A DNA stretch of 57,138 nt from a virus. Its lineage: Duplodnaviria > Caudoviricetes. Position 1 is the first letter of the stretch, and the number at the start of each line of letters is the position of its first letter. The stretch spans positions 1 through 57,138 of IMG/VR virus record IMGVR_UViG_3300028384_001023, one strand, 5' to 3'. Shown here in pieces: positions 37,054 to 47,390 of this stretch. The notes under the pieces were generated by a model. That model was given only the letters and a program-made list of their open reading frames with translations. It was not told the DNA's origin and made no database searches. The translations under genes and the position numbers were made by a program.

Positions 37054-38790
37054 ATGGCAAGACAAATTATTGGAGTTGGCACAGCAGGTAATGACGGTAC
37101 AGGCGATGACCTCAGAACTGGTGCTAATAAGATAAACCAAAACTTCCAAGATTTATACTCTCAGATGACAGCTTTGAGCTTGAGTCTGAGTCTTTCAGCG
37201 ACAAACTCTAATGGTATTGGTTTTGGTTTTGATGGGGTTCTTTTTGATGGAGCTACAAAAGACTCGTTTAATACTGTTACTCGTCTTATTCCTACAGACC
37301 CTACACAAATTAATATTCAAAGTATGCAAGACAGTTCAGGTGTCTTGGCATTCTTAAGTGATATCACTCGTATTATTAATAAGCAACACATTTTAGGTAT
37401 CAAAGGAAGCGGGACAAGTTTACTTGATTCGGCCGCGGCAATCGATGCTATGTTTGCTGAAGGTTTCCTCGATTCTGCACGTGCTGTGCGTATCTCACTT
37501 GATTCTGCCGATGTCACATCTTATATCGATGCAGCATATGTCCAAGCACGGCAAACACATTATCTTGATTCTAACGCAGCTTTGAATTTCTTGATGTCAG
37601 CGCAGCAAGTCGATAGCGCCTTTGATTCAAATATCGCATCAAGAGATAGTGATATCGCAAAACTACAAGCTGATGTTCTAGCCACATCCACTGCATTTAC
37701 AGATGACATTCAAGAATCTGCAAATGCGATCAATATCTATTATACTACAGCTAGACATGATTCTGATACACTCGTCTTAGTCGACTCAGCATACGTAAAT
37801 GCACGTGTCGCTGATGCACCAAATGCACTTGACTCGGCCGAAGGCCAAGCAATGATCGAGTCAAACCTGGGTGCAGTAAATCAAGACTTAGTGCCATTAC
37901 TTGATTCTGTATACGATCTTGGTTCGCCAACTAAGAAGTGGAAAGACCTACACTTAAGTGGTAATACGATCTTCCTCGGTGGTGGTACTATATCATTTGA
38001 TAACAATGAATACACATTTGGCAATGGATCGTTAAAGTCAGAACAAGCCATCTCAATGGATTCTGGCCAAAGATTATTCTTCGCTGCCAGTGGCGCAAAC
38101 ATCACACACTCGCAGGATCCACAATCTAATTCATTGATGGTGAATGCGAATACAGTCACACTACGTACTACCGATGATGCTAAACCTGGTTGGTATATCA
38201 AGACTAACTCACCATCAAACGGTGCTTTCTCTGTCATGGGTAATGCTGGCTTGATTATGTTGCCGCATAACACGAATACTAATCGTACACAGTATAGCAC
38301 AAATGCATTCTATGATGATGACTATCGTAAAGGTGCCATTCATTATTCAACTACAGACAATCGTGTTGAGATGTCTGATTCTGATGGTTGGTTCCCAGTT
38401 TATCGCAATAACGCAGCAGTAGCATACTTTACATTCGGTCTTGATGCTGCCACATCGGGTGCATCTAATCAAGATCTGTTTACTACCAATGGCGCATCAC
38501 CTACTAACGGCTATGTAATGCCAGTCGATGGTGCGGTGACAAATATCACTGCGCGCTTTACATCTAGTTCATATGGTGGATCTTCATCTACCTTCTTGCT
38601 TGACATTGATGTGAATGGTACTACTATACAGTCAAGATCAATAGAAGTAACAGGAAATGGTACTCAAACCATGAATACTACTTGTAACGTTCCTTATAAC
38701 TCGGGAGATGCAGTATCAGTAGCTCTAACACAAGATGCGGGTCACACAGCCTCTAACACCGCAGTAATACTTAGGATTCAGGAAGACTAA
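37054..38790 (+). CDS. baseplate/fibre protein with gp9/gp10-type N-terminus, DS-rich
   Basis: IGVGTAGNDGTGDDLRTGANKINQNF; YDLGSPTKKWKDLHLS. Confidence 0.7.
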   Translation: MARQIIGVGTAGNDGTGDDLRTGANKINQNFQDLYSQMTALSLSLSLSATNSNGIGFGFDGVLFDGATKDSFNTVTRLIPTDPTQINIQSMQDSSGVLAFLSDITRIINKQHILGIKGSGTSLLDSAAAIDAMFAEGFLDSARAVRISLDSADVTSYIDAAYVQARQTHYLDSNAALNFLMSAQQVDSAFDSNIASRDSDIAKLQADVLATSTAFTDDIQESANAINIYYTTARHDSDTLVLVDSAYVNARVADAPNALDSAEGQAMIESNLGAVNQDLVPLLDSVYDLGSPTKKWKDLHLSGNTIFLGGGTISFDNNEYTFGNGSLKSEQAISMDSGQRLFFAASGANITHSQDPQSNSLMVNANTVTLRTTDDAKPGWYIKTNSPSNGAFSVMGNAGLIMLPHNTNTNRTQYSTNAFYDDDYRKGAIHYSTTDNRVEMSDSDGWFPVYRNNAAVAYFTFGLDAATSGASNQDLFTTNGASPTNGYVMPVDGAVTNITARFTSSSYGGSSSTFLLDIDVNGTTIQSRSIEVTGNGTQTMNTTCNVPYNSGDAVSVALTQDAGHTASNTAVILRIQED

Positions 38791-38792
38791 TC

Positions 38793-40142
38793 ATGCCAGC
38801 AATTGTAACCGACTCACTCCGAACCCTTCTTGCTCGTCAGTTCTTTGATAATTTTGTCAATGCGACTGCACGATATTATATTGGTATCGGGAGATCAGAA
38901 GTATGGGATAGTTCTGATACGGTACCTACTCCTACCAATACTCCTACTGCAATCTCAGGTGCAAGGAATCAAATGCAATCAGTGAAGAAAGTACAGGCTA
39001 CTTCACTTGTTGTACCACGATATAATTGGTCAAGTGGTACTATCTACTCACAATATGATAATACTGTTTCTGGTTATCCTACACAACCATATTATGTGAT
39101 GAACGATAATAATAACGTGTATATTTGTCTAGAGACTGGGCGCAATAATAATGGTGTTGCTGTTCCTTCAACTATCGAACCAACATCAGCAAATAATCAT
39201 TCTTTCAGATCGAGTGATGGTTATGTTTGGAAGTTCTTATTTACGGTAAGTGCAGAACGCGCCAATAACTTTATGTCATCAAATTATATGCCTGTAAAGA
39301 AGCAAGCTGCTACAGACTCAAACTCAACTGGAATACAATTAAAACAAAAAGAGATTCAAGATACTGCTATTTCTGGTGCAGTTACTTCAGTAGTAATTAC
39401 TAATGTTGGCTCAGGATATACTTCTAATCCTACAGTTACTATTTCAGGTACCGGTACAGGAGCAAAAGCGCATGCACGCATTGACTCTGCAACAGGAACA
39501 CTTGCAACGATTAAGATGCACGATTCTGGTACATCACAAATATTGGGTAGCGGTTATACAGTAGCACAAGTTAAATTAACAGGCGGTGGTGCTGGTGCAG
39601 TTCAAGGTACAGCGCGACCAGTCCTTGGACCAGATTCTGGAATTGGTGCTGATGCTCGAGTAGATTTGAAGTCTGGTGCCATCATGTTCCACACACGTAT
39701 TGAAGGAACAGACAGTAACTTTATTGTCGGTCAAGATTTCAGACAAGTCACACTCATTAAAGATATCAAAGATAGCTCAGGATCTGTTTACACAGAAACG
39801 ACTGGCAGTGTATTGAAGCGTATGACTCTCAGCACTATCGTGACTTCATTTACTCGCGATAAAAAGATTCGAGGCACTACGACTCTTGCAGAAGCATATA
39901 TCGATGATATTGATTCAAACGTAATTTATTATCACCAAACTGATAGTACAGGATTTACTGCATTCCAAGATGGAGAGGCTTTGAGTGAAGCAAATGGTGC
40001 TGGTTCAGGTATTATTGATTCGGCTCTCATACCTCCTCCTGTAGATCCGAACACTGGTGACATATTATACATAGACAATAGAGCACCTGTACTCAGGTCA
40101 GCTGTACAATCTGAAGATGTTAAAATCATTCTACAGTTCTAA
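38793..40142 (+). CDS. gp8: baseplate wedge gp8
   Basis: YIGIGR, VVPRYNWSSGTIY, YVMN..VYICL, DGYVWKFLF, GDILYIDNR. Confidence 0.9.
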   Translation: MPAIVTDSLRTLLARQFFDNFVNATARYYIGIGRSEVWDSSDTVPTPTNTPTAISGARNQMQSVKKVQATSLVVPRYNWSSGTIYSQYDNTVSGYPTQPYYVMNDNNNVYICLETGRNNNGVAVPSTIEPTSANNHSFRSSDGYVWKFLFTVSAERANNFMSSNYMPVKKQAATDSNSTGIQLKQKEIQDTAISGAVTSVVITNVGSGYTSNPTVTISGTGTGAKAHARIDSATGTLATIKMHDSGTSQILGSGYTVAQVKLTGGGAGAVQGTARPVLGPDSGIGADARVDLKSGAIMFHTRIEGTDSNFIVGQDFRQVTLIKDIKDSSGSVYTETTGSVLKRMTLSTIVTSFTRDKKIRGTTTLAEAYIDDIDSNVIYYHQTDSTGFTAFQDGEALSEANGAGSGIIDSALIPPPVDPNTGDILYIDNRAPVLRSAVQSEDVKIILQF

Positions 40143-40151
40143 GGATTAATC

Positions 40152-43100
40152 ATGCCGCTAAATTTTAACGATACTACCTTTAATACAAGATACAGGGACG
40201 ATTTCACCGATAGTGACGGTTATTATCGTATCCTGTTTAATAGTGGTAAAGCTCTGCAAGCACGTGAACTTACGCAGATGCAAACTATCATTCAAAATCA
40301 AATCGAAAGATTTGGTAATGGCTTGTTAAAAGAGGGTGCAGTCGTAAAAGCTGGTGGTTTAACAGTCGATAATGCGTATGAGTTTGTAAAACTAGATCCT
40401 ACTTCTACAAGTACTACTGCAACTGTCGGATCTATATTAACTGGTGCTACGTCAGGAGTAACAGGTGTAGTTTTAGCCGTTGAGGCTGCATCAGGAAGTG
40501 ATCCAGCAACAATCTTTGTGCGCTATAATAATACTACAAATATTGCATTGGCTTCTACTTCACCTCGATTTACACCAGGAGAAAGTTTAGGCAGTGGACT
40601 TATAGTTCAGATAATTGACACTACTGCTAATCCAGCTGTAGGACGTGGTACTCTTGTAACTGCAGGTGAGTCAATTTTCTTTAGTCAAGGTTTATTCGTT
40701 TGGACAGAAGAGCAAACCCTAATACTTGATAAGTACAGTGATATTGCTAACGGAGAAGTAGGATTTCAAATCTTACAAGATATCATTACAGTAAATGATA
40801 CAAATAAACTCTATGATAATCAAGGCACTAATCCTAACTTAACTGCGCCTGGAGCTGATAGATATCGTGTTAGATTAAAAATTATTGAAAAGTCTGATGT
40901 ACCTGCAGGCGGAAACTTCTTACACATAGCAACAGTAAAAAATGGTGTTGTTTTTAATGTAGTAGAAGACGCTTATGTTACTCAGTTCAGTATACCTCGT
41001 GATCTTTTAGCTTTACGAATAAAGGAAAATTCGGGCGACTACATAGTAAAACCATTTAAGTTATTATTTGAAGATGATTCTGCCAATACTCATCTACTGA
41101 TGAATGTAAGCGACGGCATTGGGGTAATAGAAGGTTATCGTGTTGCTCGCAATACTCCTACTAAGATAAGAGTGGCAAAACCTACTACTACATATGAAAT
41201 CACGAATGAAGCTACTGGTATTGACTTTGGTAATTACGTAGAAGTACACAGAGATTCATCTGTAAGTGGTCCAAATACAAATACTATGCAACAATTAAAT
41301 CTGCGTGACTCTGCAGATTATAATGGTTCTACTATTGGTACTGCAAGAGTAAGAGCAATTACAGATGTTGGTGGTAATAGTTTACGTTACTCTCTATTCG
41401 ATATTCAAATGAATAGCGGTAATAACTTTCGAGAAGTAAAGAGTATTGGCACAGGATCTGGTCAATATTTTAATCCTCTTCGTCTATCAAATAATACTGT
41501 GCTGTCTGATCGTACAAATCACAGCTTGATTTTTCCATTACAAGGTACAAGACCTAGTACAATATCAAACGCATCTTTAACTCACCAATATTATATTTCA
41601 GGTACATCATCTGCTGGTGGTCAACTTACGATCGATGTAAGCACCATTGGTACACTCGATAATGCAAATGATTGGATATTCCTCACTCCTACAGGAACTG
41701 TTGATAATAGCACTCTCGGCGGATTAAATGTTGGTAGTGGTACAACAACCGTAACTGGTCTTCCTACATCAACAGCTATTAAAGCATATGTTTATGTCCA
41801 AGAGCCTTCTGCGATTGTGCGTACGAAGACAAACCAAACTGACACAAGAATTTATAAGACTATTGAAACTGTAAATGGACAACAGCAAATTAACCTCGAT
41901 GTTCCAGATGTTCATAACATTAAAGCCATCAAATTAACAGATTCAAATGGAATTGATATTGCCGATAGATTTGCGTTAGACGACGGCCGTCGTGATAATA
42001 TGTATAATTTCTCTCGTCTACTACTTAGACCTGGTGCAACAGCTCCTACAGGAAATGTTTATGTACGTTTTGATTATTTTAGTCACGGTCCAGGTAACTT
42101 CTTTGCGGCGAATAGTTATAATGGCGCTGTAAATTACGCTGATATACCAGATTATCGTAATGCAGCTGGCGAACGGATCGACATGCGTGACGTATTAGAT
42201 TTTCGCCCTGTTTCTAATGATTCTGATGGAAACTTCGCTACTTCAGGTATTTCGTACCTTCCACAACCAGCAACAGTAGTGACATCTGATAACACGTATT
42301 ACAACGCACAAGCTGGCATACTCTCAATCGACAAAGAAAATAACTTTATAGTAACACTTGGAGATCCTGCGCAGGTTGCGACTGTAGATCAGAGTTCTAT
42401 CATTGGTTTACCTCTTTATAGGTTTACATTAAATGCTAATACTTTAAATGATAGTGACTTGTCAATTTCAATTATTGATCATAGAAGATATACAATGAAA
42501 GATATTGGTATGATCGAAGATCGAATTGATAAGCTAGAAGAAGCAGTAGCACTAAATGCTCTAGAAAATAGTATATTGTCATATCAAGTTTATGATTCAG
42601 CTGGACTTGATAGAACAAGAGCAGGTATTTTTGTAGATAATTTCTATGATCATACTCGTATCGATAGATTGCCAGGTGCAGGATACAGAGCATCAATTGA
42701 TCCTCTAAAAGGCCATATGCGTCCAGGGTTTATAGAAAATAACATACGCTTGATTTACGATTCTGCAGCATCAACAAATACTATCCTAAAGGGTGATAAT
42801 GTTTACGTAAAGCATGATGAAATAAAATTCTTAGAACAACCATTTGCCTGTTTAGCAACTAAAATTAACCCGTTTACAACATCAACTTATGAAGGTAACG
42901 TAGTAGTATCACCAGCATCAGATGAATGGAGAGATATCGAAGTTGCTTCAAAGACAATGATTGATGGTGGTACAAAATTAGCCACAAATAATGCGCTGAA
43001 CTGGGACAACTGGTCTTGGAATTGGGGTGGAAAAACAGTTGATGAGTTAAAAGTAGGTGATAATACAAATACTATTACGAAAACATCTGGTAGTACAAAG

Positions 43101-43817
43101 ACAAAGACTGTGAATAAAGTAGTTTCAGAGTCTACTTTGTTAGAAGTAATTGGTCAAAGAGTGTTAAATATTGCTTTATTGCCTTATATTAGATCACGTA
43201 TAGTATCAATCAAGGCACGTGGATTAAGACCAAATACAAACGTTGCGGTATTCTTTGATGGTGATCGCTTAGAAGATTACGTAAGAGAAGCTCCATTTGA
43301 AAGATACAGCTCAACGACAAAAGATTACGGTAACACATTAAAGGGTTTATTATCACACCCAGACGGAGCTACTGCTCTTATTACAAATGCAAATGGTGAA
43401 GTAGATATCTCGTTTATGATACCGAATAATAGCTCTTATAAATATAGAGCTGGTAGCCATGAAATAAAGATTCTTGATATTACAATAGATAGAGAAGAAT
43501 TAGCTGGTACTATTGCTAGAGGTGTATACACTGCTCAAGGATATCTCGATACAGTGCACCAAGATATCAAATCAACTCGTGTGTTAGAGGTAGAAGGTTC
43601 TAAGACTACAGAAATCATCCATTATTATTCTAGCGGAGGAGACGGCCGCGGCGGCCGCACCAGCAGTGGTGGAGGCGATAATGATTATACGCCTAGTCAC
43701 TACAGCGATACTGGCGGATATTCAAACAGCGGAAGCAGGGGCCGACAAGATTATGATGGTGGTGGTGATCCGTGGGGTGGCGGCGGCTCAGATTTTGGCG
43801 GCGGCCAGTGGACATAG
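40152..43817 (+). CDS. large virion structural protein (DUF4815/VrlC-like), N-terminal part
   Basis: YRILF...LQARELTQMQ, APGADR, RRYTMKDIG, GIFVDNF. Confidence 0.75.
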   Translation: MPLNFNDTTFNTRYRDDFTDSDGYYRILFNSGKALQARELTQMQTIIQNQIERFGNGLLKEGAVVKAGGLTVDNAYEFVKLDPTSTSTTATVGSILTGATSGVTGVVLAVEAASGSDPATIFVRYNNTTNIALASTSPRFTPGESLGSGLIVQIIDTTANPAVGRGTLVTAGESIFFSQGLFVWTEEQTLILDKYSDIANGEVGFQILQDIITVNDTNKLYDNQGTNPNLTAPGADRYRVRLKIIEKSDVPAGGNFLHIATVKNGVVFNVVEDAYVTQFSIPRDLLALRIKENSGDYIVKPFKLLFEDDSANTHLLMNVSDGIGVIEGYRVARNTPTKIRVAKPTTTYEITNEATGIDFGNYVEVHRDSSVSGPNTNTMQQLNLRDSADYNGSTIGTARVRAITDVGGNSLRYSLFDIQMNSGNNFREVKSIGTGSGQYFNPLRLSNNTVLSDRTNHSLIFPLQGTRPSTISNASLTHQYYISGTSSAGGQLTIDVSTIGTLDNANDWIFLTPTGTVDNSTLGGLNVGSGTTTVTGLPTSTAIKAYVYVQEPSAIVRTKTNQTDTRIYKTIETVNGQQQINLDVPDVHNIKAIKLTDSNGIDIADRFALDDGRRDNMYNFSRLLLRPGATAPTGNVYVRFDYFSHGPGNFFAANSYNGAVNYADIPDYRNAAGERIDMRDVLDFRPVSNDSDGNFATSGISYLPQPATVVTSDNTYYNAQAGILSIDKENNFIVTLGDPAQVATVDQSSIIGLPLYRFTLNANTLNDSDLSISIIDHRRYTMKDIGMIEDRIDKLEEAVALNALENSILSYQVYDSAGLDRTRAGIFVDNFYDHTRIDRLPGAGYRASIDPLKGHMRPGFIENNIRLIYDSAASTNTILKGDNVYVKHDEIKFLEQPFACLATKINPFTTSTYEGNVVVSPASDEWRDIEVASKTMIDGGTKLATNNALNWDNWSWNWGGKTVDELKVGDNTNTITKTSGSTKTKTVNKVVSESTLLEVIGQRVLNIALLPYIRSRIVSIKARGLRPNTNVAVFFDGDRLEDYVREAPFERYSSTTKDYGNTLKGLLSHPDGATALITNANGEVDISFMIPNNSSYKYRAGSHEIKILDITIDREELAGTIARGVYTAQGYLDTVHQDIKSTRVLEVEGSKTTEIIHYYSSGGDGRGGRTSSGGGDNDYTPSHYSDTGGYSNSGSRGRQDYDGGGDPWGGGGSDFGGGQWT

Positions 43818-43834
43818 GTAAATAAGGATTAAAA

Positions 43835-45418
43835 ATGGCAGTAAATTCACTCGGTTACGTATCTAGTAAAAATCCTATAGCACAATCGATTTATATCGAT
43901 GAACCTACAGGCATATTTGTTACTAAGATCAAACTTTTCTTTAAGAGCCGCGTTAATCCAGGTAACGTCTATGTACCTCAAGTTTCGGTGCAGTTAAGAC
44001 CAATGCGTAATGGAGTTCCATCTATAACAGATATTATTCCTGGGTCAGTAGTATATTTAAACTCAAGTGCTATTAATGTTTCTGCAGATGGCAGTACAGG
44101 TACTGATTTTGTCTTTGATGAACCTGTATTTCTTGACGGCTTAAGAGATTACGCAATAGTGTTATATTCTGAAATACCAGATTATGAAGTTTATATTTCA
44201 GAAATTGATAAACAAATTATTGGTTCAAACTCTTTACGTGTATCAAAAAATCCTAGTATTGGTAGTTTATTCTATTCACAAAATGGAGCTACATTTACTG
44301 CCAATCAAAAACAAGATCTTAAATTCGAATTATATAGAGCAGAATTTAGGCATAAAACTGCGGAAGTAATATTACATAATGCTACACTTCCTCGTCATAA
44401 ACTTACAAATAATCCTATGCGAGTAGTGAATGGAGCTTCTGAAGTTTATGTTTATCTACCAGGACATGGGTTGACTGTAGGAGATGAAGTTGCTATTACT
44501 GGTGCTGTAGGATTTGCTAATATTGCGGCTTCAGCATTGAATGATGACCATACAATTACTAAAGTTGATGCTACAGGATACGAGTTTGATTGTGGTACGA
44601 ATGCTAATGCAGATGCTTTAGGCGGAGGAAATGCAGTACAATCATTAAGAAATATGCCTTTTTCTGCAATATATCCACATACTCAACTGATGTTACCTGG
44701 TGGGACTAGTCAAGGTTCTAGGATAAAAACTTCAACTGGTAAATCCTTTGCTGGCTTAGAAACTCCATATACAAAATCAGCTAACTATAATACTATTGCT
44801 TTGAATAATACTAGCTACAATCTTCAAGCCCCGCAGGTCGTCATGGCAGACTCTATCGAATCGGTAGAACTAGCTGGTGGAGTGAAATCCCTTGATTTAA
44901 GTATTGAAATGTCATCTAATAATACAATCGTTTCTCCGATTGTTGACTTACAACGTAGTTCAATATCTCTAATTCATAATATGATTGATAAGCAAGATTC
45001 TGCTACACGAACTGGTTTTAATACTCCAGTATTCTATGTAGGTGAAGAAGAAAAAATTGCTGGTAGCGCTGCAGCTAAACACATCACTATACCTGTAAAG
45101 TTAAGAGAAGACGCCGTAGGATTAAAGGTCATCTTAGCTGCTAATGTGCCTTCTGCTTGTGATTATCAGTTGTTTTATAGAACTACTACTGGTGATGGAG
45201 ATCTTCGTGAAGAATCATTTATTGAAATTAAACCAGAAACTCAATTTCCTAAAGATGATAATCCTCTAGTATTTAGAGAACACGAATATCTAATTGGTGG
45301 CAGAGGCGGACAATTAGATGCGTTTTCGCAGTATCAGTTGAAAATAGTAATGAGATCTACTAATAACGCTCGTGTGCCAGTATTCAAGGACTTAAGAACT
45401 ATAGCATTAGCAACATGA
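43835..45418 (+). CDS. virion structural protein (C-terminal part of the DUF4815/VrlC-like protein)
   Basis: PIAQSI..GIFVTKIKLFF, GSLFYSQNG, DLKFELYRAEF, PVFKDLRTIAL. Confidence 0.75.
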   Translation: MAVNSLGYVSSKNPIAQSIYIDEPTGIFVTKIKLFFKSRVNPGNVYVPQVSVQLRPMRNGVPSITDIIPGSVVYLNSSAINVSADGSTGTDFVFDEPVFLDGLRDYAIVLYSEIPDYEVYISEIDKQIIGSNSLRVSKNPSIGSLFYSQNGATFTANQKQDLKFELYRAEFRHKTAEVILHNATLPRHKLTNNPMRVVNGASEVYVYLPGHGLTVGDEVAITGAVGFANIAASALNDDHTITKVDATGYEFDCGTNANADALGGGNAVQSLRNMPFSAIYPHTQLMLPGGTSQGSRIKTSTGKSFAGLETPYTKSANYNTIALNNTSYNLQAPQVVMADSIESVELAGGVKSLDLSIEMSSNNTIVSPIVDLQRSSISLIHNMIDKQDSATRTGFNTPVFYVGEEEKIAGSAAAKHITIPVKLREDAVGLKVILAANVPSACDYQLFYRTTTGDGDLREESFIEIKPETQFPKDDNPLVFREHEYLIGGRGGQLDAFSQYQLKIVMRSTNNARVPVFKDLRTIALAT

Positions 45419-45615
45419 AGTTATCTAAAATACAAGGCCATGATAACATGGCTATCGATGAAAACGGTGTAATACATAATATAAATAAGAATGAGATTGA
45501 AGCTGCACGTGAAAGAAAAAAACTACGTAAGCAGCGAGATGCCGAGTTAGAAGATTTAAAGAAGGACGTGAGCGAGATGAAAGATATGCTCGCTAAAATC
45601 ATAGAGAGACTATAA
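45415..45615 (+). CDS. small coiled-coil protein
   Basis: ELEDLKKDVSEMKDMLAKI; coupled to neighbours. Confidence 0.7.
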   Translation: MKLSKIQGHDNMAIDENGVIHNINKNEIEAARERKKLRKQRDAELEDLKKDVSEMKDMLAKIIERL

Positions 45616-46160
45616 TGCCAAGAAAAATATTAGTAAACCTGAATAATTCTATCGGCACTTTCGTTCAAAAGACGAATGCAATGTCTGACTATGTAGGTGA
45701 CCTCGATAACCTGAATCCAGCAATCGCCGCAGCAAATTCAGACTCTAACTTAGTATCGGCCATTAATTACCTTGACTCTGCTGTAGCCCTACTGGGTGAT
45801 AGTGCCAACTTCTCATTCATGAAAGTTGATAGTGCTGTTATTAATTTCTTAACGGTTGACTCTGCAGTAATCACCACTCTACATGCAGATAGTGCATATA
45901 TAACATATGCTTCGATTAATAGTGCTGATATTAATCACCTTACTGTTGATAGTGGCGCTGTAATTAATGGTGGTCTAGTCGTTGACCGTATCACTGTTAC
46001 AGGAGATTCAACAGATGTGATTCTCCCATACGGCTCGATTGATAGTAACGAGATTCATGATAGCTCAATTAGTAGCAGACACATGGCTATGCTAGTTACT
46101 ACTCTTATTCTCGATTCAGCAGGAACTACATTAAAGACATTATATACACCAGGTAAATAA
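45615..46160 (+). CDS. putative virion fibre protein with ~10-aa DS repeats
   Basis: SNLVSAIN; KVDSAVIN/TVDSAVIT/HADSAYIT periodicity. Confidence 0.65.
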   Translation: MPRKILVNLNNSIGTFVQKTNAMSDYVGDLDNLNPAIAAANSDSNLVSAINYLDSAVALLGDSANFSFMKVDSAVINFLTVDSAVITTLHADSAYITYASINSADINHLTVDSGAVINGGLVVDRITVTGDSTDVILPYGSIDSNEIHDSSISSRHMAMLVTTLILDSAGTTLKTLYTPGK

Positions 46161-47390
46161 ATGACTGTACGCTCACCTTTATATTATACAGACAGTGGCA
46201 ATTTTCAAGAGTACTCATTAGTCGAACTCAATGATATTTACGCTGCAGTAAAAAGACAATTCTTAGCTTCTCCTTCGGTCGTACTCAACGTTGTGGCTTC
46301 AGGAGGAAACTTAGGTAATATATCAGAAACTCAAGTGATTGCTAGTCCAGCAAGAAGCAATAATCGTAGTTTTGGTAATAACACAGGCACACTAGGTAAC
46401 ATATCTACTGGTACTGTACAATATAGTCGTATCAATCAGGTACTCACACCTCCGGCTCAAAGCTTCAATGTTCAAAGTTTTAAGACTGGAGCATTTGGTA
46501 CAAATCCACCAATATACATGAATGATAGTGGAAACTTTGAACCATTCAATGATTCAGACTTTATCGATACGTTTGTTAAGCCCGCGGTAAATTCATTTGC
46601 ATCAGCTGCAAGCGATCCACTTTATCAAATCGCTGGTGCTGTAACACCTACAGGATACTCACGAGTATCGAATACTCCTATATACGTTGATAATAATGCC
46701 AATATTAGCGCATATGGTTCAGGAGCTTTGCCCGAAGCAAGGACTCAAGGGACAGTAATCAACAACTATTATCTTGTTCGTAAATCAAGTGGTGGAGTAA
46801 ATAACATTAGATCAGATGTTACGTATCAAATAGTAAATTTACAAGGCGTAGGAACTGGATTAAAAGTAGATGTATCAAAAATTGGCACGACATATAATTT
46901 GATTATTAATGATGGCGGTCAAAACTATCAAGCTGCTGATAGCTTCAAGATACTAGGAACTGAGCTTGGTGGTTCTACTCCTGATAATGATATCAATTTT
47001 CTAGTCAATGGTGTAGACTCTGCAAATGCTCCACAGCCATTTGCTGTCACAGCTTTAATTACCTCTGGTACTCCAGTTGCAAAAGAATACCACGTACCAG
47101 TTACTCATACAAACTCTGGTGATTTTAAAGTAATGCCAAAATCAACCTTTGATAATATGATTCAGTTAGCTGCAAAAGATGTTTCTACGTCCACTCCTGG
47201 TTATACTATCACATACGATTTTAATACTGGCCAACAGGTCGGTACAGCTATGATAGACACTCGGCTATTGAATCCAACACAAACAAGAAGAAACTATCAA
47301 ACTGGTGATACATACTATTCACAGAGAGTGCCAACTGGTGGAACACAAACTCAAGTTAACTCACATTATTTAGGAGTCACTATAACATGA
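46161..47390 (+). CDS. putative virion structural protein
   Basis: Ser/Thr/Gly/Asn-rich; three repeated DSGNF/NSGDF-like motifs. Confidence 0.6.
   Translation: MTVRSPLYYTDSGNFQEYSLVELNDIYAAVKRQFLASPSVVLNVVASGGNLGNISETQVIASPARSNNRSFGNNTGTLGNISTGTVQYSRINQVLTPPAQSFNVQSFKTGAFGTNPPIYMNDSGNFEPFNDSDFIDTFVKPAVNSFASAASDPLYQIAGAVTPTGYSRVSNTPIYVDNNANISAYGSGALPEARTQGTVINNYYLVRKSSGGVNNIRSDVTYQIVNLQGVGTGLKVDVSKIGTTYNLIINDGGQNYQAADSFKILGTELGGSTPDNDINFLVNGVDSANAPQPFAVTALITSGTPVAKEYHVPVTHTNSGDFKVMPKSTFDNMIQLAAKDVSTSTPGYTITYDFNTGQQVGTAMIDTRLLNPTQTRRNYQTGDTYYSQRVPTGGTQTQVNSHYLGVTIT

Noticed and set aside
45480-45487. TATAAATA inside the 45415 gene
   Set aside because: Lies in AT-rich coding sequence of a coupled operon; could be a real internal late promoter but is unsupported.
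37054-46160. DS motifs as acyl-carrier phosphopantetheine sites linked to the FabF-like gene
   Set aside because: Carrier sites are usually GxDSL in a helical bundle; here the +1 residue is mostly A/N/D/G, and no PPTase or ACP is visible.
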